The position numbers and the translations under genes are program-made. DNA of 64,000 bases, from positions 62,001 through 126,000 of the forward strand of contig NMRA01000270.1 of the NCBI GenBank assembly GCA_002633005.1, read 5' to 3'. The notes under the pieces are model-generated. The model made no database searches. It was not told where the DNA came from and saw only the letters and a program-made list of their open reading frames with translations. Each line of letters begins with the position of its first letter. Position 1 is the first letter of the stretch. Positions 50,586 through 64,000 of this stretch are shown here, in pieces. The stretch is from Phoronis australis. Its lineage: Eukaryota; Animalia; Phoronida.

Positions 50586-50846
50586 TATATTAATAAAAAC
50601 AACCAGGTTTTTAATCGACTTGACATGTTTCAGTGTTATTTATTCAAACACCATCATCAGAGGAGAGAATATAGTGGCCATCTAGCAACAAGCCACTCCC
50701 TGTAACTGACTGTATCTGTGCTTCATTACTTGTTGCTGGGCCTAGCTAGGTGGCCACTATATTCTCTCTTGTGATGATGGTGTTTGAATAAATAACACTG
50801 AACATTGTCAAGTCGATTTAAAACCGTGGTTGTTTTTATTAATATA
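50586..50846. mobile_element. Inverted pair of Penelope pLTR-like ~100-bp units
   Basis: Arms at 50586-50686 and 50745-50846, each containing a TGATGATGGTGTT...AACACTGAA hammerhead-like module. Confidence 0.65.
50619..50663 (-). ncRNA. Minimal type I hammerhead ribozyme-like motif
   Basis: Minus strand reads cct CUGAUGA U GGUGUU-UGAAUAAAU-AACACU GAAA C-AU-G UC aag. The catalytic core is intact, helix II has 6 bp, helix III is the palindromic ACAUGU type, and helix I is weak. Confidence 0.55.
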
Positions 50847-53800
50847 CTACTCTTCTTTTGAGAGCTTCAAGATAGGTTGAGTTCTGAAGTCATGCTGTGA
50901 ATTATCTGTCTGAACATGCAACTCTACACAGTTTATCTTGCAAAAAATTATTTACAGATCTTGATTTTTGCAGTCTGGTGGTGACAATGCACACATTCTG
51001 AATGGAACAAATCTTTTAATGTTTGTTTAGTTTCCTTCTTTGCCATCCTTTGAATAAGAAAAAAATGCAAACTGTGCTGAATTGCAAGGAAAATTACCTT
51101 TTTTATATGAATCATAATTATCCCCTCAATGGAAAGGGGGAACCCCAACCTCCCCCTTCGGCGCTGCACACCTCAGAATCGCACTTCCTGCAACTCGTCA
51201 TACACACGAATTTGGACCCCCACTTTTCAAATCCCAGACGTGTCCGTCTTGTAGTGTCACGGATATTTCACTACAATGTTTATGTTACATGCTGGTATTT
51301 ACTGACTGACCCAGCAAGAGAGATGGGATCAAACATTGGCTTCATCCATCCATTATTTAGGGAAGAAATCATTACATTACTATTGACTTTTGTTTTTGGT
51401 CATGTTAGTTTTCAGTCCCAAAAATGTGATAATGACCACTCGCTCCTTATTTGGAGGTCTGAAATCAAAGACCAACAAATTGACTGAGAGTGAATGTCTA
51501 TATTGTATATAATTCCACCTTGGCTGCCCATTACCATAAAAAAAGTGTTAATGCCATGGGCACTTAAGTAGGAGAGCCTGGACGTACACCTGACCTGTGA
51601 TTTGACTTTGTAAAGGTAATAGAATCCGATCACCGTCAGGAATATTATGATACCGCAACGCTCCAAAAAGCTTTCCACAAAGGAAAAAGTATAAACTGCA
51701 CTTCACAAAAACGTTAGAAAAAAATAAGAAAAAATAGGAAAAGTGAGACCATTGCATACTAAAGAGGTATGGCATCAAAAATATTGTTTAAACACTTCCT
51801 GACGAAAGTACCATCTTGCAAAGTCTACTACAGAAGTTTTCACTTTCCCCAAGAATGTAATTTCCAGAAATCCCAAACTCAAAATTTTTGAAATACGTGC
51901 AAAGAAAAAACGTTATAGTCACAACAGAGTTTACAATCTCCCTAAGACTTCGATTCATGTGTGGATTCATGTGTGCATTCGCTTACTGTCATTCAGCAAA
52001 ACGCTGACTGACAGGCCAGCCAGTGAAGCAAGCAATTTCCCAAAAACAATTCCAACTGTAATTTAGAATTTAATACTAGGATACCTTTACAACTAATTTT
52101 AAACAATTATGACATATATCAATTGCTTCTTATTCTGACTGGCTGCTGCTTGAAGTCGTCATTGTTATGTTTTCATCACAAGTCAAAGGTCACATTTTCC
52201 CTATAAGATGTTTACGTGCTACATCTGTGTCCAGCTATACCAAGGAGCCGTGTTTTGCCTTGTGGGATGAAAAACAACAAAGTGAGGAGCACTTGACAAG
52301 ATAGTTTTTTTTTCGAAATTTGAAATTAAAAAATTGATTCGACATCTATAGAAATTCTAAAATTTTTACAAACAAACCATAAAAATAACTGGTGAACACA
52401 GTGAATTCTGTATCAGTGGCAGATAACCACAATTCAGTAAGTTTTTCGTATTCCAGACCTCTTTAACTAGTTGAGTTTGCAAAATTGTAATGGACACAAA
52501 TTCTGTTGGATTATGCCACAACATTGTAATCTGAGAAGAAATTGCAGGGTTATTTTGGGGCCGCAGCCTGCACAAACAATGACACAAACAAAAATGTTGA
52601 CGCAGTGCTTCCTACACTGTTTCATCAACTCAGGTCAGCTGGAGCATCAAAATTGTGTTTTCTTGCCAACAGGAGCAATTATTTATAGTTTCCAAAATAT
52701 CTTATAAAAACGAATGATGGTGACAAACAAACTAGATAAGAAGTATGACATAATGAGAAAATAAACACTCAAACTGTGCAGGCACTGTGACTACACTTCT
52801 AGACCCATCATTAGCACCAAACAGAAATAGCAGACAAGTAACACACATCAAATATGCCACTGGGAACATTCCATTTCCTTGCCATCTATTAATGGGACAA
52901 ACTGTAGCTTTAAATATCCTTTCCCTCTCGCCCAATCAACTCGCTGACCTCTTTGGTTGGTAAAATATATATTTTGCTCTTTTGCACCTTTAGCACTCAA
53001 GTCAGAGCTGAGCTCACATTTATTGCAAACATGTAGCCTTTACATTTGAAAAGGGTAATTCCTTTGTCAGATTTCAAAAAAGAGGTTTGAGTTTCACATA
53101 CACGTTTACATCATGTTGCTCATGGGAAAACACAATCTTAATTTTAAATTTAATTTTAATTTATTCAATTTTAATAGTAGATAAAAAATCACAAATCAAG
53201 AGTATGGCTATCCCTGCATTAAAATTAATGGTCTATTTGTAAATTAACCCAAGATAAAAATTTAGCCATTGACATTTGTCTTCTGCAGTTTATCGGATAA
53301 AACCTGCACAAAGCAAAATACTGATAGCAGCTTGAGGACATTTTAAAAATTTAAAAGAAATAAAAAACACTGACCATAACTCAGTCGCAGACACCCACGT
53401 AATTCCTTCACAACATGAATCTCTTATAGTGATTTTATGCATAAGTCGGCAGGGCAAAATCAATGACGGACCCACACTTCAATGACAGCATCAATGTTCA
53501 AGAAGACTGAGTGTCTCAGATAAAACTTTCTGTGATTTAGTACGTGAATACACTGGCCACTCAATTCCAGCCTTTGGCAGGAATCTTGACAAAATGCCAT
53601 TAGATGTACATGCAAAATACACCATTACCATTGATATCATATGCTATCAGGATTTAGACAAACATAATATCAAGTGCAGAACTTAGAAAAGAAAAAACAC
53701 AGATTTGTATAACCATAAATCTGTGAACACCTCCCTGTACATGTACAGTTAAAATGGACAACAGTGATAACGACTCAAAAATCGTGGTAACCCAGGGCTC

Positions 53801-54354
53801 TACACCGACATTCAACAGCCCGACAACAGGTAGATTTTTGCTGTCAGGCACGTGAATCTCCAAAGGTGCATGCCTGATTGGCAATCTAAATTAAGTAATT
53901 GAGTTAATAGGTAATAACTCGTCAGAACTGAGATGTTACAGAAGCCGTGTTCACGACCTCAGAATTTGAAAATTTTATGATTGAGATGGGAAATGCATTC
54001 ATATAGCATACTGGCATTATTGTCTACTGTTGTAAACATAAAAGATAATTCTTCTATCAAAATGGGAGATGAGCAAAAGAATCTGAGTCAATTGTGTGCT
54101 TAGTTGAAATCAAAACTCCATTTACGCATTGCACTAATTTTGTCCGTGATCAAGGTGGTTAAATTTCACGGGCCTGGAAAACAGGGGGTGGGCACTGAAA
54201 TTGGAAATTTCAAGAAAGAAAAGGTGGGCGCAAACATGGCCATATAATCCGAGACTAATGTTTGCCACGACCATCAATGACCTCCCAAAAGTGGAAGTCA
54301 AATAATTTGATGAAGGAGGATTAGCCTGCCATATGATTCTCATCAATTAATTAA

Positions 54355-54855
54355 AGGCCCTTTCATAATAACCTAACTCCAGTACAAGAGCATCGTCCAC
54401 GCAAACTGCGAAGTTAATTGAATCGTTCACACCAGCTTCACTAGTTAACGGCATCGAAGTAAACGAAAAGGGACGCTGTCGTCATTGAAGTAATCACAAG
54501 GTAGCGCTGATGCATCCCACACCTGCTAAAATTTTTTAATGGGACTATTTTAGAACATCTACGTTTGCTAATTGACATCAAACTTAATTCTAATTCGATT
54601 GGTGATTATTCGAGCAAAATATAAGCAACCATAAACAATGACACTACCCTTTAATTGTTGTCGATAGCAGTGGCCCCTGGTGATAACTTTGATGACACCA
54701 AGTTAACCGTTTATACCGCACCGCAGGGCTGATGCTCTGCTGTTAAATACACCAGTTACTGCAAAGTTAACTGGCACTGTTAACTTCGATCCAGGACTGA
54801 AGTTAACTGTTCATACTGACAGCAACTCCCCAAAACATCGACGTGTCGTTAGTAG
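54355..54855. mobile_element. Harbinger-like MITE (AGGCCCTTTCATA family), right end eroded
   Basis: Colinear with 60361-60866 and preceded by TAA. Confidence 0.75.
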
Positions 54856-55352
54856 TTGAAGACACAAACTTAAGAAAAACTGTCTTCTTTTGTTAGTAGT
54901 TCATATTCTGCAAATCTAATGATTCTATCAAAAAAACTTCCACAAGGCATTGTAATATTGCCTGGCCGTATGATGTATTGATCTATGGGAACAAAGCAGT
55001 GCTAACTTCATATATTGGTTACTGGTTACGGATTCAATTAGTTCTGCATGAAATAAAAGCCTGGAAGTACCTAAACTTCACACAGATTTATGTGTTTGCT
55101 CACTTGGCACTGAATATTTGCCATACATGGAAAAATTGTCCCAGGAAAAACCGGGTCACCACAAACTAACAAGACTATCACGATTGTCTCTAGCTTCACT
55201 TTTTGGCCTTTGAAGGTAAACAAAGCCAAGATCTATCTCTTACAGCTGCAAGAGAAGGTAGATTCTTTTGAAAACTATATTTCTTGTAGGACAGAATGAG
55301 AGTCTGTGGCTCAGAATATAGCTTCCGTGTCAATTTCACTCATGCAGACTTA

Positions 55353-55416
55353 TTAATGCACTGCAGAAGACTTTTTAATGCACTGCAGAAGACTTTTTAA
55401 TGCACTGCAGAAGACT
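55353..55416. repeat. 22-bp tandem repeat x3
   Basis: TAATGCACTGCAGAAGACT at 55354, 55376 and 55398. Confidence 0.9.
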
Positions 55417-57348
55417 AAAGTCCCCAAAGATGACAGCAAACAGCACACCAACTCGAAACTGATACAGTTGCCACAACTGAAAGCGTGTCTTTACTGTTTT
55501 GAAATCATTTCAGTGCAATCAATTTCAGGTAGACAGTAGCCTGACAGTGGGTGCCTAATTGTTGAGCATGGGCACTTAGCTGAGCAGTGGGCGCTTAACC
55601 TGAAAATTACCAAGCAGTCATTATGTTTCAAGTTCATAATCAAGTTCCTGCGTATCATTGTTGTCATGTGATCACCTTCTAACGGGTGGTCCTTGATGTC
55701 ACAATCGAGAATTTTATGTTGATGCATGATTGTATGGTGTAGCGAGGCTTAAATGTAATGCCAGTATTTTTCACTTGTTTTTCTTACTCAGTTTGGGACA
55801 ATTATTGTATCGACTGACACCTGATGTAAGATCTGTCTGCCGCCAATTGGTAAGATTACGAATTCAGGATATTACTAAAAATATGTCGTATTCAACACCT
55901 ATAAAACAAAAATTACTGTCCAAATACATTTCATGTTCAGATCACGTTTTTAAAGTATTGTCAATTAAAACAATGCTTTGCACTGACCGAAGGGGCAAGA
56001 TTCAAATACTGTGAGTGCACAAACAAGTTCTTGTGCTTGTCTGTAGTTGAGTCACAAACAATAACTTGTTTTGCATTGATTACAAAAGAAATCTAGTTTG
56101 CATGCCTCGTTATCTCATATAACATAGTTTGAGACAACTTGAGGAAACTATTAGACAGCGTTGTTGAGACAACTTGACGAAACTGTTAAACAGCTTTGGG
56201 CAAAAAACTCAAAATTATCGGCTCTTTTACGCTCCGTAATGCTAACAAGTCAATTTCGAAATTGTTCATGCCTGAAACTAAGGGAATGACACTCAACTAA
56301 ATCCATCTTATGAGCTGTGCCTTGTCTGGAGCTATTCTTGCAATCAAAGGCAAGTTGTCAGGTTATGTAGTTATAATAGTTGCCCACTTTATACACAACA
56401 TTCTTGTGTAGTTCCAACATCTGCTTTAATATCCTACTAATTCACAAGTGGACCCGGTATGTCACATTTAGGGAATTTAAAAAAATTTCAAAAGAAAAAC
56501 GTTGATGTATGCCACAGAAATGTCATGCCAGTGATATTTTTGCTGTGTGTGGAAGGGAACGGGTTCCCTGCCCCCTGACACTTAAAGACATTTACGTAAC
56601 TTCGTTTTCCACAGTCAAGTGGATTGTTGATCTGAAGGCTTACAACTCCATCATATGGGCAACGAAGATTTTCATTCTGCAAGTACTCATGGTTTCCTTG
56701 CCCAACAAGCAAGTTACAGAGCAATAGCATCATTTTTATGGCTGAAAAATGCATTCTGGGATTGATCCTCAATGGGATAGACTTTGAAGTTATTACGTAG
56801 CTTTGACCAGTGTGATTTGTGATTTTATTACAAATCCCTAATTCTCGCTGTTGTCTGCCAGACATTCGTTGAAATCAAGGCAGGTGACTTTACTACATAG
56901 ATATCTATGTACTGGCATATGCGAAATGGAGAATCTTGACCAAGCACCTTGACCAACATTCAGCTGCAGCTGACATCACACTGACGGTGTAAAATTAGTC
57001 ACAGGTCACGAGAGTTCATGAACCAGAAAGTGTATGTCCCTGATGAGTGGCATATTTGTGTGGAAAATAAATCTTTGTGTCCGACATTGAATCAACTCTA
57101 TGTTTAAAATCCCTTTTGTAATAATTATTTGTAACAAATATATTAGATGAAAGCGTTCAGAAAATCTACGCTGTTGAGGTTACTCGACCTAAATGCACGG
57201 GGTACAATATATATTCAATGAATGCGACCATGGTGACCAGGCGACACATAAGTCGGTCAAATAAACCAGTTTTTTCTCTTCAATCGTCTAGTTTTTCAGC
57301 AAACTCATTGGTCAGTACTTGTAACATTCACCAGATAAATTTCACGTA

Positions 57349-59738
57349 CCGTAAATGTTCGGTTAATGCCCATGCTCAGTTAACCGCCCACCCCCTACTT
57401 TAGATGCACTTTCAATTTAACCGCCCACTGCTCGGTTAACAGCCCCACTGCGATTTTTCAAGATTTCCAGTTCAGCACCCACCTCTCGCTCGGTTAAGCG
57501 TCCATCCCCAACTTTTTAAGATTGAAGATTTAGCGCCCAGTGTTAGGAAATGTGTGATTCCCAACTTTTAGATACAGATGATGATCACAATGAGCGCAAC
57601 GACGATGGCCTCCGGATGGCGGTTTGGCAATGTGAATTACAATACAAGTATTGTCCCGGGTCATGGACTAACTTCAAAATACAATACTTGAAAGTTTTTG
57701 TCATTTTATTTTCTTCCCATGTTTGCAAAGTTTAAGAACCCCACCGGCGTCAATACCTCCGCTTTCATCAACGCTGTCTGCCGCGCTGAGATTCTGTCTG
57801 CAGTGCACTAGATAAAATACATATTTGAAATAATGGGGCCAGAGAAATGTGACAATGGTTTTGTCAACCCTTCAAATTCTCTTTAGGTGGAAAGCTCTCC
57901 TATTTTGAAGAATTAATTCCCATAACTCACGGAAAGATGTCAAATTCTCCCTATTTTGATGAAATTCAATATGTTATTCCCAGGTTATCGAGGATGTGTG
58001 GCGACCAAAGGGACAGTGTGCCTCACTGGAGTTACCGATTTGCTGACTCTCGATTTCTGAGTTCAAAGGTTGGCAATACATTACTGTAAGTTAGTGTATT
58101 ATCTTGAAGTAATAACAAAATTCTAGTAAAATTTTGTTTTTCGCTTATTGCATCTCGGTCAAACTGGCGCTAGCAGATTTAACTAATGTCGCTGGTGGTT
58201 CATTACCACGATTTCTTGCGTCAACCCCCGTCTGACTGTGTGAATTATCGCTTCCAATTCCCTTTTTAGCCATCCAGTATAATGTTGTTTGTACATTGGC
58301 CAGTTTCAGCCTGAACAAAATTCTTACCATTCGAGCCTGAAATATCTACGACTTGGACTGAAAATTGGAGACAGTTGGTACGAGGTGCACGCAGCTAGAT
58401 ACGGGCATGACACACTCGGGCCTAGGGAACATCGAGCAGGAAAATATAGGAATAGACTTGACATCGCAATTTTGGGGGATATTGGAAAGGAGGAATATCG
58501 TAAAGCACTTGGTATTTCCTAACAACAGCTTAAAAGTACAGCGTCACGCCAGTTTCTTTTACTTAGGACTGTCGCTATTCTCTTTTGATGTGACTTTGTA
58601 GTGGTGCATGCGCGTAAGTTCCCACACTGAGTGCATGTTACCTTGACACCAACACGTGATTGACAGGTTACTCATACGTAGGACCTACGTGCGTGATGAA
58701 TCCCGCCACTATCGATTTTGGCCATTAAAAACGACACGCATATTGAAAGAACCCATATTACTAACGGCCTTTCCAAGTCAAGATTGCCTGCCAGGACATT
58801 GCGCGCAAACAGCGGGACCAACCAGTGCCGCAGTGCGATAGTGTAGGTGATATAATAGTAGCCTACATAACCTGGACATCTTGCATGTAAAATTTCCACC
58901 ACAAATTTGGGTAAGGTGGTTGTTTAAGAATTAACTGAAACATCGCTGTTTTGTGATGTTTTATCACATATTTATGCCGTGGTTCGAAATTTTCTTGATT
59001 GACGACTGGCTCGTGTCCACTAACCCCCCCCCAATTCTTGTCATACTTTTTGCCGGGCATATATCGCGCAACGGGAAGTTAAAATGTTATTGAGTCACGA
59101 AGTGTTGACTATAAACATACCTAACACAAAAAACACCTGAATTAGTTTTTCAAACTTTATTACAACTAATTTTAAAACTGCTCTCTGACTCAGAACTTGA
59201 CAGCTACCTCGGAACTGTAACCTTGATGTCAGCTGAGACCTCTGCGACACGTGAAGCTTGCACGTGCGCACTTTTGCGGTGTCACGGCTAGCAATCCAAG
59301 TGGAGCACTGCATTGTCACTGGTCGTCTGCGGACTACAGTTCTAACAAACTAACAAGACCGCAGGATGACACGGGTCTATTACTCAGCAATTTTGTAAAT
59401 TTAATGGTGAATGACTAATCTGAGGGCAGAGAACCTTTGTTGGGATCATCCACTGTTATGAAGTTTTTACCGTCATTTGGCAACGTGACGATAAAGCTCT
59501 TAGAAAAGTGCTACGCGTTCCCAAGTACGTGTGTCATGTGGGTACTTAAATCACAAGGTAAGGTTAACCGCCCAGGGCGGTTGCCTGTCGTAATAAGCGC
59601 CCATGTTCGGTTAACAACCGCCCACCCTGGATTTCTTGCAATTTCACGTTTAAGTGCCCATGTCTGGTTAACCGCCCACCCCCGATTTTTTGGGTTCGCC
59701 AATTTAACCGCCCAGGGCGTTAACCCAATCGTTTACGG
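57349..59738. mobile_element. ~2.4-kb non-autonomous Tc2/pogo-like (Tc1-mariner superfamily) DNA transposon
   Basis: TA-CCGTAAA ... TTTACGG-TA ends. Many subterminal TTAACCGCCCA repeats at both ends (57360-57540, 59560-59725). No recognisable transposase. Confidence 0.78.
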
Positions 59739-60360
59739 TAATAAATTATTTCACCATGCTGTAAATCGTAATTCAAACGACATTTAAGTCTTAGTTGGAG
59801 TTCGGGAAAACACATTTGACTCCAGGTGAATTAGGATAATTAAAGTTAATCCTTTATGTCAAAAATGCATAAAGAGCTTTGACAACTTACGCTGTTACAC
59901 AATTTCCCGCGTTGTTGAGATTAAATATGTCGGGCCATTTTTCGGTGAGAAGTTTGTGCCTATACCTAGCTGTGTTATTCAGCTTTTTAGTTAGGCAGTG
60001 AGGTGTAATTCATATTCCAATTTGTAGCCTACAATGTCGCAAACTTTTGAGGAGCATGAACCTCTCGACTTTGCCACCACACCAGCTTTTAAAGCGGCTA
60101 TAAACCGATCCCACTTTCCGTCCGAGATTTTGGCAACTCACCAACCATAATTTTTAATTAGGTTGTAATCCAACCACCCATAATTTTAAATTATTCGTGA
60201 ATTATACATGATGCATATGTCAAGTTTTATTCTTTTTAGATATTTTCGGTCTTCAGTGTTTCATTAGCCAACAACGGTCCATCAGACACCACAACGGCAG
60301 CTAATTGGGTTTTCCTCGAAGTGGCTGTAATATTTTATGTAGGCCCACTATCAACACTAG

Positions 60361-60866
60361 AGGCCCTTTCATACTGACTTAACTCCGGTCAGAGAGGAGC
60401 GTCGAGATAAACAGCGCAGTTAACTGGACCGTTCATACTGGCTTTGGTAGTTAATGAACATCGAAGTAAAAGGTTGGTGACGCTGACGTCATCGAAGTTA
60501 TCACAAGGTAGCGCTGCACGCTAAGATTTTTTTCAATGAGACAATTTGAGAACCTTTACATGTGCTAAATGACATTAAAATTATTTTTAAATCGTTTAGT
60601 TGTTGTTAGAGCAAAATATAAGCAGCTATTAGTGACAAAACTACCCTGTAACTGTTGACGATAACAGTGGCACCTGGCAATAACTTCGATTGGACCGAAG
60701 TTAAGCGTTCATACTGCACCGCAGCGTCGACGCTGCGCTTTTAATCCATCTGTTAACTGCGATGTTGACTGGAGCTGTTAACTGCAATCAAGGACCGGAG
60801 TTAAGCCTTCATACTGACAGCAACTCCCCAAACCATTGTCGCCTCGAAGTTAGTATGAAAGGCCCT
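60361..60866. mobile_element. Harbinger-like MITE
   Basis: TIR AGGCCCTTTCATACT / AGTATGAAAGGCCCT with internal GTTAAC...TTCATACTG repeats. The TSD is imperfect. Confidence 0.78.
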
Positions 60867-61839
60867 TTAAAAAGAGACTACTTTCAATATATGTAATAAA
60901 TAGTATCTATTTAACTATCTGAACACAGCTACTAGCATGCACTATAAACATGTTGGTAGCCATGATTAACCACAGCTGACAATATAAACAAAAAGTAAAG
61001 CACTGAGCTCATCATGTTACAACGGTGGTGTGACTTCAGCAGCTGTAGAATGTAGGTTAAGGTGCTTGGTCAAGATTCTCCATTCTGCCTGGCGCAGAAT
61101 TCTCCATTCTGCCTGGCGCATAGGGAGTATGATTTAGTTCAACCAGCAAAGTGCTTGGCTGCAACACTCGAGTTTCAGGAGCTGTCCCATTCTGGGACTG
61201 GTCTCAGGAAAAGATTTTTCTTGTAGATGTCACTTTAACAAAAAAGTAAGTGTAGAGCCCTACATTTACCAACCATTGTCAGTAATCTTTCATGATGAAA
61301 CCAGCTTTGATAAAGAGGATGCCAGTAACAGAAACGACACCTAATAAGAAACAATAATTTTTAAACTCAATTTTTGTCTACGATGAACATTAGGCTTAAA
61401 AAGGAATGGTATCTGCACTACTGAACTTATAAAAAGGAACTAAATCTGTTTCAGCCATACGAATCATCACATTCACAACTATATCACACCGAGCCGGCTT
61501 GTCAGCCATCATGTGCTTGAACCACTTTTGATAACTCCAAAGAAATTTGCTAAAATGCCAGGTGTTACTAAGAACTTTGACTTAAAGATTACAAGTATGA
61601 CAGCCTGGACGCCATGTCTAGGATGTTTTGAGGCGAGATTGTTGCTTTAATCCTCACAAAGTTATCCAGGAGTACACGTCACCACTTTTGGCTGAACTCC
61701 TCAAAACACTCATAGCCTTCCTTGCAGGAATTGTTGCTACAGTACTTTTTCACTGATTTAGCACAAAATATGGCCAACACGTGAAATTTCGGTAAAAAAC
61801 AAGAACAATACTTACTAGGAGACACTTGATAAGAAGAGC

Positions 61840-62190
61840 ACGACGTTTCAAGACTAACTCAGGCCCTTGATCACACGGCTGTAACACCTGATCCCAAGTA
61901 GGAGGAAGTTGCAGACTCCCTGGTCATGGTTGAGTGGGGGGTTGCACTAAATGTTGTACTTTGTCTCTTTGATATTATGGTCTTATGGAGTGCCAATGTT
62001 TCTTTCTGGATAAAGGTGTATTATCCATATTGATGGTGTGGCCAGATGAAACTAAGTGGTCACCAATAGCAGAAGGTTTGGTCAGTGAAATCCAATTTTG
62101 TTAAAATGTCTCCACAAAAGTAAAGATCAAGAACAGTTAGTCTATTGCAAGCATGTTTTGCAGTGCGCAAATGTCTCTCCAATCAACATT
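61840..62190 (-). mobile_element. Decayed Penelope-like retroelement: GIY-YIG endonuclease C-terminus plus eroded 3' hammerhead
   Basis: Frameshifted translation gives IGET..., SAIGDHLVSSGHTINMDNT..LSRKKHWHS, IKET.Y, PPLNHDQG and QLPPTWDQVL. These match the PLE endonuclease pattern YIGET / SA..H...GH / IKEA / LNRD.G / LP..W. Followed by GTGATCAAG...TGAAACGTC. Confidence 0.72.
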
Positions 62191-62599
62191 TTATAAAGTT
62201 CTCCTTTGCAAAAATGTGATCAACCACTGAAAAATGGAAAACGACCCTTTTGGCAATTATGATTGTGCAAAATAAATGGAGAATTGCCCTAAACTTGATG
62301 TTTCTAGTCCTAGGAGCAGAAGAAAACTTGAGATATCATCACGCAACTGACCACCAGTCAAGAGATACATGAACTTGATTTTTCACACCATCACAACAAC
62401 GACATAAAGTGCCAAGACATGGACACTTTTTCATGTTAAAACGCTGTATTACGGCTACCAGCTAATGGCCATATGCTAGAATGCCTTTGAAAAATCAAAA
62501 AGCAGTAATTTTGGCAATAATTCTTGCCTAACACTGCTAAGATTTTACCATAATACATGAGGAAGTGAGTTTCAGTAGACATTAATTCAAAGTTACTTC

Positions 62600-62948
62600 A
62601 ACTGAAACTTGCATGCTAATTCCTTATCTCTATGATTGCTTACGCTTGGTCAAATGAGAACCACAACACATATAACAATGATGTGAATAAGAAGTACATT
62701 AAACTTTGTGTCGAAAATGATCTACCGTATATCACTCAACCATAAGTAAGAATCGTGACATGGTGTAGGGGAATAACGCTGCATGATGCGGCCTGTGACC
62801 CCCAAAGGCACGTCATTAGTGTAAAGTTAACACATTGTCAATGAATACAACTGCATTTTGTTTAGCGTAGATGATGTTCAAATAGCATAGTCGTTTAGTT
62901 CCTGTTAAACATTAGCACAGTTAGGAGAACTGCAAATACATCTTTAAT
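62600..62948. mobile_element. Second copy of the TTAA-flanked element at 27448-27852
   Basis: Shares GAAACTTGCATGCTAATTCCTTA and the terminal GCAAATACATCTTTAA. Confidence 0.6.
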
Positions 62949-64000
62949 CTAGTGCGCAACACAGGACAAAAGATTGAAAGATGCAAAACTATGTTGGCAT
63001 TTTCCAAGATCAGAATAACAACAAGTATCATTTTATTGTGCTTTTTTCAAAAGAAACCATGAACGTACCAAAAACTTTGTAGTTATGACTCATGCTCCCG
63101 CAACCAATCACCTACTTTCAAAAATCTTCCTAATACAGTCATTAAGCTCTGAGCTTCAAACACACTGTACCCTCTAGTTTTAAGAATGTTCAATTAGAAC
63201 GAACGCCCATTGATCGGACGTACCAGAGAAATTCTCAAGGTTGAGACACTGAAAAATTAATTATTTTCAACAGAGGTTGTACCAAATTTTAGAAATAGGC
63301 AACATTTGCTGTGCCAAATTCAAGAACAGTGATGGATGAGAACGATTATTCAGCTCTACGTAACAGATCATGAGAAGCATGAAAGTGTTGCAATGACAGC
63401 TATTTTCCCAAATTTTGTTAACTACCAAATCATATTTTCAAATTCTGCTGATAAAAATGCAGTTTGTCTATTATGAACAATGCCAAAATTGCCCTTGTCC
63501 CAGTCTTCCGAATCAAGAAAATTCCAATTAGGTTTGAATTTCAATGTCCCAAATTTTAGAGACTGCCTCAAACTCCAGAACTTTTACAGTAACAGCCCAC
63601 ACATAACTTGGAATAGGTAACACAAATTTAATATGGTTTTTTATTCAAATTGGTCTGTGAAGGCACTCACTTCTGCAAAATGTCAGCCGAAAAGTTGTTC
63701 AATGTTATTAAGAATATGATTTGCTAAACCGTTCAAAGTGTCAGGGCTATTCAAAGTAGGCACTTGGAACTTGGTAGACAAATTGCCTCACTTTCCCTGC
63801 AGGCCAACTAAATGGATAAGTACAAGTACCGTAGTCCTGTATCCCACCACTAGAGAGCAGTCCACCACCACTTCAATTTAATGAACCAGGAATGATTTTA
63901 GAAAAAACCTGTGCGTCAATCAAACCTATGGGTCAATTACAAGGACCCATGGATCACGTTAATATGCTGTCCTTTGACAAATCGTTTTTTTAGGGGGGAA

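Noticed and set aside
51023-51487. Longest ORF in the track (154 aa)
   Set aside because: It has a non-ATG start, no recognisable domain, and a composition typical of random AT-rich DNA.
57041-57075. CTGATGAG...GAAA hammerhead-like string
   Set aside because: It has no closing helix II pair and no helix III or cleavage triplet.

Overview
AT-rich animal genomic DNA from a draft assembly (N gaps at 12624, 15270-15311, 25472); a marine invertebrate is my inference. The one clear gene is a minus-strand, multi-exon SLC1-family glutamate/aspartate transporter (EAAT2/SLC1A2-like). I traced nine coding exons from an ATG at 28158 to 11179 with GT-AG sites and consistent phases. A probable last exon (7205-7275) ends in -VSKL*, and an alternative last exon (11006-11040) is possible. 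Exon 7 is cut by a gap and exon 6 appears twice, probably as two uncollapsed haplotypes. The rest is intronic/upstream DNA rich in non-autonomous mobile elements (Helentron/HINE, Harbinger, hAT, Tc2/pogo, Kolobok-like, a foldback element, Penelope remnants) and minisatellites. The most unusual signals are a 1.74-kb intronic HINE carrying 11 co-oriented CTCF-consensus-like motifs spaced ~145 bp apart, a minimal hammerhead-ribozyme core inside an inverted repeat, a divergent HP2 gate in the transporter, and two independent insertions of one MITE family ~190 bp apart on the two apparent haplotypes. All calls are by eye; no searches were run.
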